A DNA stretch of 40,128 nucleotides from Candidatus Deferrimicrobiaceae bacterium (GCA_036390495.1 DASWBR010000067.1:1-40128), one strand, 5' to 3'; positions 28,064 to 37,161 are shown, counted from the stretch's first letter. Notes: generated from the sequence alone by a model not told the origin. Made by a program: numbers and translations.

Positions 28064-28965
28064 AGGAGCAAATGGCGCGTCTGGTTCTGAGGGCCCTCGA
28101 GGCGGTTCCGCTCCCGCTTCTCGCCGCCGTCTGCGAGGCGGCGATGCTGCTGGTGTGGGCCATCGATCGCAGGCACCGGCGGATCGCCCGGATCAACCTC
28201 CGGATCGCGTTCCCGGAGATGGAGGACCGGGAGGCGCGGCGGATCATCCGGCGCTGTTACCGCCAGATGGGGACCTCCGCCGCGGAATTCGTCCACCTCC
28301 CCCGGATGGACGGACCGTATATCCGGGAGCACGTCCGCTTCGAGGGGGAAGGACGCGTCCGGAAGCCGATGGAGGAACGGAAGCAGCCGACCCTGGTGAT
28401 GACCGGCCACTTCGGCAACTGGGAGCTCCAGTCCCACGCCTGGGCCCGGATCTTCGGGCCGATGGCGTTCATCGTCCGTCCCCTGCGGAACGCCCTGTTC
28501 GACCGGATCGTGACGGAGCGGAGGGAAATCGCCGGCAACATCGCCATCCGGAAGGAGGATTCCGCGAAGGAGGTGACGAGGCTGGCGCGCCGCGGGGTGA
28601 TGATCGGGATCCTCATCGACCAGAACGTGGACCGCAAGAAGGGCGTGCCGGTGGATCTGTTCACCCGGAAGGCGTACACGACGTTCGGCATCGCGCGGCT
28701 CGCCCTGGCGATGAGGGCCTCCATCTATCCCGGCTTCATCTACCGGGACCCGAAGCGGAAGTTCCACCACGTTCTCCGGTTCGGGCCGGCGATCGATATC
28801 GATTACGGCGCCCCGCGGGAGGAGGAGGTGGTGCGGGTGACGCGCCGGTGCAACGAGGCGCTGGAGAGGGCGATCCGGGAAGACCCCGGGCAGTGGATGT
28901 GGTTCCAGAAGCGGTGGAAGACGCGCCCGGAGGGGGAGCCGGAGATCTACGAGGAGGTTCGATGA
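28060..28965 (+). CDS. lpxL: Lipid A late acyltransferase (LpxL/HtrB family, 301 aa)
   Basis: NLRIAFPE, GHFGNWE (Hx4E), LIDQ, PGQWMWFQKRWK. GTG overlaps the lpxK stop. Confidence 0.88.
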   Translation: MKEQMARLVLRALEAVPLPLLAAVCEAAMLLVWAIDRRHRRIARINLRIAFPEMEDREARRIIRRCYRQMGTSAAEFVHLPRMDGPYIREHVRFEGEGRVRKPMEERKQPTLVMTGHFGNWELQSHAWARIFGPMAFIVRPLRNALFDRIVTERREIAGNIAIRKEDSAKEVTRLARRGVMIGILIDQNVDRKKGVPVDLFTRKAYTTFGIARLALAMRASIYPGFIYRDPKRKFHHVLRFGPAIDIDYGAPREEEVVRVTRRCNEALERAIREDPGQWMWFQKRWKTRPEGEPEIYEEVR

Positions 28966-29540
28966 GGGGAATCGTCTTCCTGGACCGGGACGGCACGCTC
29001 ATCGAGGAGGTGGGGTACCTGAGGGATCCCGACAAACTCCGTCCGCTGCCGGGCGTCGCGGAGGCTCTTCGGCGGCTCGCCGCGGCGGGATACCGGCTCG
29101 CCGTGATCTCGAACCAGGCGGGGCTGGCGCGCGGGAAATTCACCCCCGCGGAGATGGAGGCGGTCCACCGGGAGTTCGTCGCCGCCTTCCTGCGGGAGGG
29201 CGTGGCCTTCGACGCTGTGGAGTATTGCCCCCACCACCCGGAGGGGGTGGTGGCATCGTACCGGGAGACGTGCGACTGCCGGAAACCCGGCACGGGGATG
29301 GCGGACCGCGTCCTGCGCCGGCTCGGCGTCCCGGATTCATGCCCCCGCTGGGTGGTCGGTGATAAAATGACGGACATCCTGATGGGCGTGCGGCTGGGGG
29401 CCCGGACGATCCTGGTCGGGACGGGGTACGGCGATCGGGAGAGGATGGAAGGCGAGCGGCTCGGAGTGGCACCGGGAGCGTTCCTCCCCGGGATGCGCGA
29501 AGCCGCCGACCGGATCCTGTCAGAGGATGGAGTTCCGTAG
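28962..29540 (+). CDS. gmhB: D-glycero-D-manno-heptose 1,7-bisphosphate phosphatase (HAD, 192 aa)
   Basis: FLDRDGTL, SNQAG, zinc site CPHH...CDCRKP, VGDK. Confidence 0.92.
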   Translation: MRGIVFLDRDGTLIEEVGYLRDPDKLRPLPGVAEALRRLAAAGYRLAVISNQAGLARGKFTPAEMEAVHREFVAAFLREGVAFDAVEYCPHHPEGVVASYRETCDCRKPGTGMADRVLRRLGVPDSCPRWVVGDKMTDILMGVRLGARTILVGTGYGDRERMEGERLGVAPGAFLPGMREAADRILSEDGVP

Positions 29541-29599
29541 GTTCGCGCCGGGCCCGGGATGCGACGACGCGCGGGCGAGGGAGGGAAGGGGGTAGAGCG

Positions 29600-29764
29600 A
29601 TGGACAGGGAATTGCTCGAGATCCTGGCGTGCCCGAAATGCAAGGGGAACCTCCTGCTGACGGTCGACGAGACCGAGCTCCGGTGCGACGCGTGCCGGTT
29701 GAGCTACCGCATCGAGGACGGGATCCCCATCCTGCTGATCGACGAGGCATCCTCTTATGAGTGA
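29600..29764 (+). CDS. Trm112/YcaR-like small zinc-finger protein (54 aa; not in the ORF track)
   Basis: Translated by hand: MDRELLEILACPKCKGNLLLTVDETELRCDACRLSYRIEDGIPILLIDEASSYE. Shows the LLEILACP and Y.I.DGIP.LL..EA signature. G-rich RBS upstream. Confidence 0.92.
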   Translation: MDRELLEILACPKCKGNLLLTVDETELRCDACRLSYRIEDGIPILLIDEASSYE

Positions 29765-30824
29765 AGGTGCGCCCCTTGCGCGCGCCGGGGAACTGCTCTC
29801 GCGCTTCCCGTCGTGCCGCATCCTGGTGGCGGGGGACATCATGCTCGACGAGTTCGTCTTCGGCACCGTCGGCCGGATCTCCCCCGAGGCGCCCGTCCCG
29901 GTGGTCGCCGTCACGCGGGAGACGGTGTTCCCGGGCGGCGCGGCGAACGTGGCGAGGAACCTCGCCGGCCTTCGCGCCAGGGTGGAAATGGCCGGCCTGG
30001 TCGGCGGGGATCCCGCCGGGCGCGACGTTTCCCGGATGCTGAAGAGGCAGGGGATCGGCGTGTCGGCGGTGCTGGCCGAACCGGATCGCCCGACCACCGT
30101 GAAAACCCGGGTGATCGCCCACAACCAGCAGGTGGTCCGGGTCGACCGGGAACGGAAGGGGCTTCCCTCGAAGAAAACCCACGATGCGCTCCTCCGGAAG
30201 ATCCTGGGCGCCCTCGACGGCGTCGACGGGGTCGTTTTCTCGGATTACCGGAAGGGGGTGCTGTCGGCGGAGCTGGTGGGGGAGGTCACGGCGGCCGCCC
30301 GCCGGAAGGGGCTGTTCGTCGCCGTGGACCCCAAGCAGATCGACTTCTCCTTCTACGGTGGCTGCTCGGTCATCACCCCGAACAAGGGGGAAGCGCAGGC
30401 CGCGCTGGGCGGACGGGAGCTTTCGGACGACCTCGACGTCTGGGAAGGCGGCAGGGAACTGCTCCGGAAATGCCGGGCGAAGGCCGTCCTCATCACCCGG
30501 GGGGAGGAGGGGATGACCCTCGTCGAGCGCGGACGGCCGGCGTGCTTCCACGTTCCCGCCCTCGCCCGGGAGGTGTTCGACGTCACCGGGGCCGGCGACA
30601 CCGTGATCGGGACGCTGGCCGCGTGCCTCGCCGCCGGCGCGCCGATGCGGGAAGCCGCCGTGATGGCCAACGTCGCCGCAAGCGTCGTGGTCGGGGAGGT
30701 GGGGACCGCGCCGATCACGGCGGAAAAACTGCTCCACGCGCTCCGGGCTCAGGAACGCGAGCGGGAAGCGGAGGCGCAGGAGGGGATCGCGGCTCCGCGT
30801 CCCCGCGGCGGGACCGGCCGTTGA
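29757..30824 (+). CDS. rfaE1: D-glycero-beta-D-manno-heptose-7-phosphate kinase (stand-alone HldE/RfaE domain I)
   Basis: GDIMLDE, RISPEAPVPVV, GGAANVA, SDYRKG, TPN, VFDVTGAGDTV. No fused adenylyltransferase domain. Confidence 0.93.
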   Translation: MSEGAPLARAGELLSRFPSCRILVAGDIMLDEFVFGTVGRISPEAPVPVVAVTRETVFPGGAANVARNLAGLRARVEMAGLVGGDPAGRDVSRMLKRQGIGVSAVLAEPDRPTTVKTRVIAHNQQVVRVDRERKGLPSKKTHDALLRKILGALDGVDGVVFSDYRKGVLSAELVGEVTAAARRKGLFVAVDPKQIDFSFYGGCSVITPNKGEAQAALGGRELSDDLDVWEGGRELLRKCRAKAVLITRGEEGMTLVERGRPACFHVPALAREVFDVTGAGDTVIGTLAACLAAGAPMREAAVMANVAASVVVGEVGTAPITAEKLLHALRAQEREREAEAQEGIAAPRPRGGTGR

Positions 30825-31366
30825 GCGTGCGTTCCGAGCCGCGCAAGGCGACGCTGGTCGTATCCGTCATCTACCGGGAGGAGCGGCGGTTCGGAGAGGT
30901 CCTGTCGCGCGTGGAGGCGTCCGTCGGCCCGGTCCGGCCCGCCGGAGAGCGGCTGCCGTTCGACCGGACCGGATATTACGAAGGGGAGATGGGGTCGCCG
31001 CTGCACCGTCGTTTCCTCTCTGCAGAGCGGCCGGTTTCCCGGGACGCCCTCCCCGCGATCAAGATCGCCATGGAGTCGATCGAGTCGGATTTTTCCGAGG
31101 GGGGGAAGCGCACCGTGAACCTGGACCCGGGCCTCCTCTCCCCGGAGAATTTCATCCTGGCCACCGGGAAGAATTATTCCCACCGGGTCTACCTGGGAAT
31201 GGGCGTCTTTGCCGACCTGACCCTGGTGTTCCGGAACGGCGGGTACCAACCCCTCCCGTGGACGTACCCGGATTACGCCTCGGAAGGAGTGCGGTCGCTC
31301 CTCCGGGAACTCCGCCGGGATCACATGTCGCGGGCGGACGCGGGGAGGGCAGTCTCATGTGGATGA
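30821..31366 (+). CDS. DUF4416 family protein (181 aa)
   Basis: FDRTGYYEGEMG, RTVNLDPG, ILATGKNYSHRVYLG and PWTYPDY recalled as the DUF4416 pattern. TTG overlaps the rfaE1 stop. Confidence 0.8.
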   Translation: MSVRSEPRKATLVVSVIYREERRFGEVLSRVEASVGPVRPAGERLPFDRTGYYEGEMGSPLHRRFLSAERPVSRDALPAIKIAMESIESDFSEGGKRTVNLDPGLLSPENFILATGKNYSHRVYLGMGVFADLTLVFRNGGYQPLPWTYPDYASEGVRSLLRELRRDHMSRADAGRAVSCG

Positions 31367-32241
31367 GCATGACAGGGTTCGGCCGGGGGGAGCGGCACGG
31401 GGAGGACGTCTCCGTCGCCGTGGAGGCGCGCTCCGTGAACCACCGCTTCCTCGACGTCCACACGCGGTGCCCCGGGCGGTTCCTCTCCTGGGAGCCGCGG
31501 CTCCGCGGGCTGGCCCGTGACGCCGTCCGGAGGGGGAAGGTGGACCTCTACGTGAACGTGCGGGAGTGGGGGAAGCTCGGGGGAACGTTGCGCGTCAACC
31601 GGGGCCTCCTTTCGGCGTTCCTCGGGGAAGCGGCGCGAATCCGGGAGGAGCACGGGATCGGCGGCGAGGTGACGATGCGGGACCTCCTCGCGGTGCCCGA
31701 CATCTTCCAGGTCGCTCCCGAAGGAGAAGACCCCGCCGAAACGTTCTGGCCGCTGGCGGAGGGGGCCGCCCGGGACGCTCTCGGGATGCTCCGGAACTCC
31801 CGGGCCGCGGAAGGAGAGCGGCTGAAACAGGTGCTCCTCGAGTCGGTGGAGCGGCTGGGGGAGGCGTCCGCCGGGATCCGGGCCCTCTCCGCGGAAAACC
31901 GGGAGCTGGCCGTCGCGCGCTTCCGCGACCGGATCGCGGAGCTGTCCGGCGCGGCGGGCGTCGAACCGGCGCGCCTCCAGCAGGAAGCGGCGTTCCTGGT
32001 GGACCGCCTCGACATCACGGAGGAGTGCGACCGGCTGGCGGCGCACCTCGCCGCGCTCTCCGACCTGTTCCGCAAGCCCGGCGACGCGGTCGGGAAGCGG
32101 TTCGACTTCCTCGTCCAGGAAATCTTCCGCGAGCTCAACACCGCGGGGAACAAGTCCGCCCACTCCGGGATTTCCGCACTTGTGGTCACGGCGAAGACGG
32201 AGCTCGAGGTGGCGCGCGAGCAGATCCAGAACGTGGAGTGA
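31357..32241 (+). CDS. yicC: YicC/YloC family endoribonuclease (294 aa)
   Basis: SMTGFGR, RSVNHRFLD, RGKVD, DITEECDRL, GKRFDFLVQEIFRELNT, REQIQNVE. Confidence 0.93.
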   Translation: MWMSMTGFGRGERHGEDVSVAVEARSVNHRFLDVHTRCPGRFLSWEPRLRGLARDAVRRGKVDLYVNVREWGKLGGTLRVNRGLLSAFLGEAARIREEHGIGGEVTMRDLLAVPDIFQVAPEGEDPAETFWPLAEGAARDALGMLRNSRAAEGERLKQVLLESVERLGEASAGIRALSAENRELAVARFRDRIAELSGAAGVEPARLQQEAAFLVDRLDITEECDRLAAHLAALSDLFRKPGDAVGKRFDFLVQEIFRELNTAGNKSAHSGISALVVTAKTELEVAREQIQNVE

Positions 32242-32245
32242 GAAG

Positions 32246-32884
32246 GTGCCGCGAGGGGACATATTCGTCATTTCGGCCCCGTCGGGCTCCGGCAAGACCA
32301 CCATCTGCCGGACACTGCTCGATCGCGTGGACGGTCTCACCATTTCCGTCTCCTACACCACCCGCGAGCGGCGGCCCGGGGAGGTCGACGGGGTGGATTA
32401 TTATTTCGTGGATGAAGAAAAGTTTGATAAAATGTTAGTTTCGAAAGGGTTTTTGGAGCACGCCCGGGTGTACGGCCACCGGTACGGCACCTCCCGCGCC
32501 GCTGTGGAGGATATCGTGTCCCGCGGACTGGACGCGGTTCTCGAGATCGACGTCCAGGGTGGCCGTTCCGTGAAGGCCGCGGTTCCCGAGGCGGTGCTGG
32601 TCGGGGTCCTCCCCCCGGACCAGGAAACGTTGCGGGGGCGGCTGTTCGCCAGGGGCCGCGACACCCGCGAGGAGATGGAGCGCCGGCTCACGGAGGCGAG
32701 GCGGGAAATCGCGGCGCTGAAAACGTACGACTACCTGGTCGTGAACGACGATCTTTCGAAGGCGGTCACCCGGGTGGAGTGGATCGTCCGCGCACGGCGG
32801 CTCCGCAGGGAGCGGGCTTCCGGCGTCATCGACAGGATCCTGGAAGAAGGAGGAGAGGAACGGGATGGCTCGAGTAACGGTTGA
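32246..32884 (+). CDS. gmk: Guanylate kinase (212 aa)
   Basis: SAPSGSGKTT, SVSYTTR, GEVDGVDYYF, YGT, LEIDVQG, YDYLVVND. Confidence 0.96.
   Translation: MPRGDIFVISAPSGSGKTTICRTLLDRVDGLTISVSYTTRERRPGEVDGVDYYFVDEEKFDKMLVSKGFLEHARVYGHRYGTSRAAVEDIVSRGLDAVLEIDVQGGRSVKAAVPEAVLVGVLPPDQETLRGRLFARGRDTREEMERRLTEARREIAALKTYDYLVVNDDLSKAVTRVEWIVRARRLRRERASGVIDRILEEGGEERDGSSNG
32425..32433 (+). promoter_or_regulatory. Putative internal extended -10 promoter (TG-a-TAAAAT) within gmk, facing rpoZ-rel
   Basis: Located in a ~65 nt AT-rich island with A/T-ending synonymous codons that are atypical for this window. Confidence 0.5.
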
Positions 32885-33056
32885 GGATTGCCTGCGGCAG
32901 GTGAACAGCCACTTCCAGCTCACGGTAGTGGCCGCGAAACGCGCGAAACAGCTCTACGGGGGGCAGGGCGCCACGATCGACACCACGGCCCGGAAGGAGA
33001 AGCCCACCGTCGTCGCCCTCCGGGAGATCGCCCAGGGGAAGGTCCGGGTAAAATAG
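32865..33056 (+). CDS. rpoZ: RNA polymerase subunit omega
   Basis: MARVTVEDCL, FQLTVVAAKRAKQL, KPTVVALREI. gmk-rpoZ-rel synteny. Confidence 0.96.
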   Translation: MARVTVEDCLRQVNSHFQLTVVAAKRAKQLYGGQGATIDTTARKEKPTVVALREIAQGKVRVK

Positions 33057-33077
33057 CGCCGGGGCGGGCGTTGCGCT

Positions 33078-35222
33078 TTGCTCCGTCTCAATGACATCGT
33101 CGACCGCGTGGCGGCGTCCCGGCCGAACGCCAACGTCGAACTCATCCACAAGGCGTACGTCTTCACCGCGAAGGTGCACCACGGTCAGGTGAGGATGTCG
33201 GGGGAGCCGTACCTGATCCACCCCCTGAACGTCGCGTTCCTCCTGGCGGACTGGAACCTCGACGAAGAGACGGTCGCCACCGGCCTTCTCCACGACACCG
33301 TGGAGGACACGGTCGCCACCGTGGAGGAGCTCCGGGACCTCTTCGGGGATTCCGTGGCCCACCTCGTGGACGGGGTCACCAAGATCGGGCGGGTGGCCCT
33401 CTCCGACGCGGCGGCCCAGAAGGCCGAGTCCCTCCGCAAGATGATCCTCGCCATGGGGAAGGACCTGCGGGTCATCCTCGTCAAGCTCGCCGACCGCCTC
33501 CACAACATGCGCACCCTGCGGCACCTCCCCCCGGACAAGCAGGCGGCCATCGCCCGCGAGACGGTGGAGATCTACGCGCCCATCGCCGCCCGCCTGGGGA
33601 TGTCCCGGATCCGTTCCGAGCTCGAGGACCGCTGCTTCGAGGTGCTCCACTCCGAGCAGTACAAGGAGCTTGTCCGCCTGGCGGACGAGCGGCGGCGGAA
33701 CCGGGAAGCGCACGTCCGCAGCGTCGTCGCCCTCCTCGAGCAGAAGTGCCGGGAGGCGGGGGTGGAGGCGACCATCACCGGGCGCTCGAAGCACCTCGCC
33801 GGGATCTACCAGAAGATGAACCGGCAGGGGATCGACTTCGACCACGTCTACGACTTCATCGGCTTCCGCATCATCACGAAGAACCTCCGGGAGTGCTACG
33901 AGGCTCTCGGGATCGTCCACAACCTCTGGAAGCCGGTGCCCGGCCGGTTCAAGGACTACATCGCCATGCCGAAGGCGAACCTGTACCAGTCGCTGCACAC
34001 CACGGTCTTCGGCCCGAACGGGGAGATGATGGAGATCCAGATCCGGACGGAGGAGATGCACGCCCTCGCGGAGAACGGCGTGGCGGCCCACTGGAAATAC
34101 AAGGAGGGGCGCCAGACCGCGGACAAGGGGGACCAGATGTTCCTGTGGCTGCGGCAGATCCTCGAGCTGCAGCAGGACATGAAGGACCCCCGGGAGTTCC
34201 TCAACACCGTCAAGGTGGAGCTGTTCCCGGAGGAGGTGTACGTCTTCACGCCCCGGGGGGACGTGAAGGAGCTCCCCCGCGGCGCCACGCCGATCGACTT
34301 CGCCTACGCGATCCACACCGAGGTCGGCAACCAGTGCGTCGGGGCGAAGGTGAACGGCCGGATGGTGCCCCTCAAGGTGACGCTGAAGAACGGCGACGTC
34401 GTGGAGATCGTCACGCAGCCGTCCCACAAGCCGAGCCGCGACTGGCTGAAGATCGCCAAGACCAGCCGCGCCCTGAACAAGATCCGGGCCGTCATCCGGG
34501 AGGAGCAGCGGGAGCAGTCCCTCGCCCTTGGCCGCCAGATCCTCGAGCGGGAGTTCAAGAAGTACGCCCTGAACCCGAGCAAGGTCCTGAAGGGGCCCGA
34601 GTTCGCCGAGGCCCTGCAGGAGGTACGGAGCAAGACCGCGGACGACTACCTGAGCGCCCTGGGGTACGGGAAAGTCTCCATCCTGCCGCTGCTGCGGCGC
34701 CTCGTCCCCGCGGAGCAGCTGCAGGAGAAGACGAAGGAGTCCCGCCTCTCCAGCCTCATCCGGCGGGTGGTGACGAAGAAGCCCAGCGCGGTCATCGTGA
34801 AGGGGATGGACGGGATCTTCATCCGGCTCGGGAACTGCTGCCACCCGGTGCCGGGGGACCCGATCGTGGGGTTCATCACCCGCGGGCGGGGCGTGACGAT
34901 CCACTCGAAGGAGTGCCCCAAAGTGCTGGAGAGCGACCCGGCCCGGGCGATCGATGTGACCTGGGAGGAGGGGACCAAGGCGGTCCACCCCGTGAAGCTG
35001 CGGGTGGTGTGCGCGGACAAGCCCGGGCTCCTGGCCGACATCTCCCGGAGCATCACGGCGAGCGATGTGGACATCCGGCGGGCCTCCGTGCTGACCACAC
35101 GGGACAAGCGGGCGATCTGCGACTTCGAGGTGTCGGTGAGCGACGCGGACCACCTCGCGATCCTCATCAAGGCGATCGGGAAGGTCCGGGGCGTACAGTC
35201 CGTGGAGAGGGGGAAGGGGTGA
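33078..35222 (+). CDS. rel: Bifunctional (p)ppGpp synthetase/hydrolase (long RSH: HD-SYN-TGS-ZFD-ACT)
   Basis: Intact hydrolase motifs GEPYLIHP and LHDTVED. Synthetase RFKDYI, YQSLHT, EIQIRT. TGS domain DFAYAIHT. CCHPVPGD. ACT domain DKPGLL. Confidence 0.96.
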   Translation: MLRLNDIVDRVAASRPNANVELIHKAYVFTAKVHHGQVRMSGEPYLIHPLNVAFLLADWNLDEETVATGLLHDTVEDTVATVEELRDLFGDSVAHLVDGVTKIGRVALSDAAAQKAESLRKMILAMGKDLRVILVKLADRLHNMRTLRHLPPDKQAAIARETVEIYAPIAARLGMSRIRSELEDRCFEVLHSEQYKELVRLADERRRNREAHVRSVVALLEQKCREAGVEATITGRSKHLAGIYQKMNRQGIDFDHVYDFIGFRIITKNLRECYEALGIVHNLWKPVPGRFKDYIAMPKANLYQSLHTTVFGPNGEMMEIQIRTEEMHALAENGVAAHWKYKEGRQTADKGDQMFLWLRQILELQQDMKDPREFLNTVKVELFPEEVYVFTPRGDVKELPRGATPIDFAYAIHTEVGNQCVGAKVNGRMVPLKVTLKNGDVVEIVTQPSHKPSRDWLKIAKTSRALNKIRAVIREEQREQSLALGRQILEREFKKYALNPSKVLKGPEFAEALQEVRSKTADDYLSALGYGKVSILPLLRRLVPAEQLQEKTKESRLSSLIRRVVTKKPSAVIVKGMDGIFIRLGNCCHPVPGDPIVGFITRGRGVTIHSKECPKVLESDPARAIDVTWEEGTKAVHPVKLRVVCADKPGLLADISRSITASDVDIRRASVLTTRDKRAICDFEVSVSDADHLAILIKAIGKVRGVQSVERGKG

Positions 35223-35605
35223 TGGCGAGGGAAATCGTCCGGAGTCCGGTTGCGCCGGCGGCCATCGGGCCGTACTCCCAGGGGGTCCGTTCCGGGGGCC
35301 TGCTGTTCTGCTCGGGGCAGATCCCGCTGGACCCGGCGACGGGGAAGATGGTGGAAGGGGGAATTGCGGAGCAGACCGAGCGGGTTCTGCGCAACCTCGA
35401 GGCGGTCCTGTCCGCCGGCGGCGCCTCGCTCTCCTCTGTGCTGAAGACGACGGTCTACCTGGTCGACCTTGCGGACTTCCCGGCGATGAACGCCGTCTAC
35501 GGCAAGTTCTTTCCGGGGGAACCGCCGGCCCGGGCGACGGTGGAGGTCTCGAAGCTGCCGGCGGGGGCGAGGGTGGAGATCGAGGCCGTCGCTGCGGCCG
35601 GCTGA
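35222..35605 (+). CDS. ridA: RidA/YjgF/UK114 reactive-intermediate deaminase (127 aa)
   Basis: APAAIGPYSQ, SGQIPLDP, VLKTTVYL, PPARATVEV, VEIEAVA. Confidence 0.93.
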   Translation: MAREIVRSPVAPAAIGPYSQGVRSGGLLFCSGQIPLDPATGKMVEGGIAEQTERVLRNLEAVLSAGGASLSSVLKTTVYLVDLADFPAMNAVYGKFFPGEPPARATVEVSKLPAGARVEIEAVAAAG

Positions 35606-35606
35606 A

Positions 35607-35795
35607 TCAGACGGCCTTCACGACCCGGCCGGACTTGATGCACTGCGTGCAGACGCGGATGTGACGCACGGTCCCGCCCTGGGTCGTCTTCACCCGCTGG
35701 ATGTTCGGCCGCCACACCTTCGCCGTCTTGTTGTTCGCGTGGGAAACGTTATGCCCGAAGCTCGGGCCCTTGCCGCAGATCGCGCACTTGGCCAT
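35607..35795 (-). CDS. rpmB: 50S ribosomal protein L28 (62 aa, zinc-binding CxxC form)
   Basis: [37 protein letters not shown] upstream of the ATG at 35795. Confidence 0.96.
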   Translation of the reverse strand: MAKCAICGKGPSFGHNVSHANNKTAKVWRPNIQRVKTTQGGTVRHIRVCTQCIKSGRVVKAV

Positions 35796-35822
35796 GGCAT
35801 CCTCCGTGAATGAGAACATGAT

Positions 35823-35851
35823 TTAATACCACGACCGGAATGAAAAGACAA
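35823..35851 (-). promoter_or_regulatory. Putative sigma70 promoter of rpmB
   Basis: Minus strand TTGTCT (35851-35846), 17 bp spacer ending in TG-g, then TATTAA (35828-35823). Confidence 0.55.
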
Positions 35852-36445
35852 CACCCCATTTCCTTCGCCGGACGGCCCCGGGGCCGGCGCGGAATCCGCG
35901 CCCTCCTTGCGGCGACGGCCCTGGTGTTCCTCCCCCCCGCCGTCCCGCACCTCCTCGCCCTGCGGTACCCGGGTCTCCCGTCCCCCCCCGCGGACGCCCT
36001 GATGGTCCTCTCGGGAGGGGAGGGGCGCATCGCGGAGGGGTACCGCGCGTGGATCAACGGGGCGGGGCGGGAGTTCTACGTCCTCGGGGCCGGGCGCGTG
36101 GTCCCCCTGACCCGGCTGTTGCCGGGAGCCGCCCTTCCGGCGCAGGCGCAGGCGCGCGTCCACGTGGAAGGGTGGTCGGAGAACACCCTGGAGAACGCCT
36201 TCTCGGCGAAGACCGCGGCGGAGGAGCGCGGTTACTCTTCCGTGATCCTCGTCACCTCGGATTACCACGTCCCGCGGGCGTGGATCGCGTTCCGGAAAGT
36301 CCTGCCTCCGCGCGTCTCGCTATACGTCCTGCCCGTCCGGTCGGAGGGGTGGGGATCCGCGGGAGCCGCCTGGCGGACGGCGAGGCGGTACTACCTGGAA
36401 GGGTGGAAATACTGGGGGTACCGGCTGCTGCTGCGCTGGGAATAA
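35840..36445 (+). CDS. YdcF/ElyC-like (DUF218) family protein
   Basis: N-terminal hydrophobic segment, DALMVLSGG, SENTLENA, LVTSDYHVPRA, C-terminal E.WKY. Confidence 0.85.
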   Translation: MKRQHPISFAGRPRGRRGIRALLAATALVFLPPAVPHLLALRYPGLPSPPADALMVLSGGEGRIAEGYRAWINGAGREFYVLGAGRVVPLTRLLPGAALPAQAQARVHVEGWSENTLENAFSAKTAAEERGYSSVILVTSDYHVPRAWIAFRKVLPPRVSLYVLPVRSEGWGSAGAAWRTARRYYLEGWKYWGYRLLLRWE

Positions 36446-36504
36446 TCCCCGATACGGGCTCCGCGCCGCCGGGGTACCCCCGCCGAATCAGGGCCGAGGG
36501 GGCA

Positions 36505-37161
36505 TCATGCGTCGGGGTTCCGGTGGGAGAACCCCGGGATCTTCCCCGTCTCCTTCGTGAACACCCGGCGGCCCGACAGCTCGAGGCGCCCCTCGAAGAA
36601 GAGGCGGATCGCCATCGGGTAGATCCGGTGCTCCTCCTTGAGGATCCTCGCCGCGAGCGTCTCCTCCGTATCGTCCTCGTACACCGGCACCACGGCCTGC
36701 ACGATGATCGGCCCGGTGTCCACCCCCTCGTCCAGGAAGTGGACGGTGCACCCGGAGAAGCGCACGCCGTACTGGAGCGCCTGCCGCGGCCCGTGCGTGC
36801 CCGGGAAGGAGGGGAGGAGCGCCGGGTGGATGTTGAGGATCCGGTGGGGGAACGCGCGGAGGAACACCGGCGTCACAACCCTCATGAAGCCGGCGAGGCA
36901 GACGAGGTGCGCCCCGGAGGACCGGATGACCTCGACCAGCCGCGCGTCGAACGCCTCGCGGCTCTCGAACGAGCGGTGGTCCACCACCTCCGTGGGGATG
37001 CCGTGGTTCCGCGCGCGGACCAGCCCGTAGGCGTCCGCCTTGTTGCTGACGACGAGGGCGACCCGGCACGGGATTTCCCCGCGCTCCGACGCGTCGATGA
37101 TGGCCTGCAGGTTCGAGCCGCTGCCCGAAACGAGCACGGCGATGTCGTGCGTTTCGCTCAT
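36505..37161 (-). CDS. purN: Phosphoribosylglycinamide formyltransferase (218 aa)
   Basis: VLVSGSGSNLQA, LAGFMR, NIHPALLP, GCTVHF, DTGPII. ATG overlaps the purM stop. Confidence 0.96.
   Translation of the reverse strand: MSETHDIAVLVSGSGSNLQAIIDASERGEIPCRVALVVSNKADAYGLVRARNHGIPTEVVDHRSFESREAFDARLVEVIRSSGAHLVCLAGFMRVVTPVFLRAFPHRILNIHPALLPSFPGTHGPRQALQYGVRFSGCTVHFLDEGVDTGPIIVQAVVPVYEDDTEETLAARILKEEHRIYPMAIRLFFEGRLELSGRRVFTKETGKIPGFSHRNPDA

Noticed and set aside
35607-35819. 70-aa L28 with an N-terminal extension from 35819
   Set aside because: The GGAGG SD and family N-terminus (MAKC) support the start at 35795.
36446-36504. GC hairpins (CCCG-ATA-CGGG, GGGGTACCCC) between the convergent YdcF-like gene and purN
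   Set aside because: Short stems, no U-tract on either strand, and expected by chance at this GC content.
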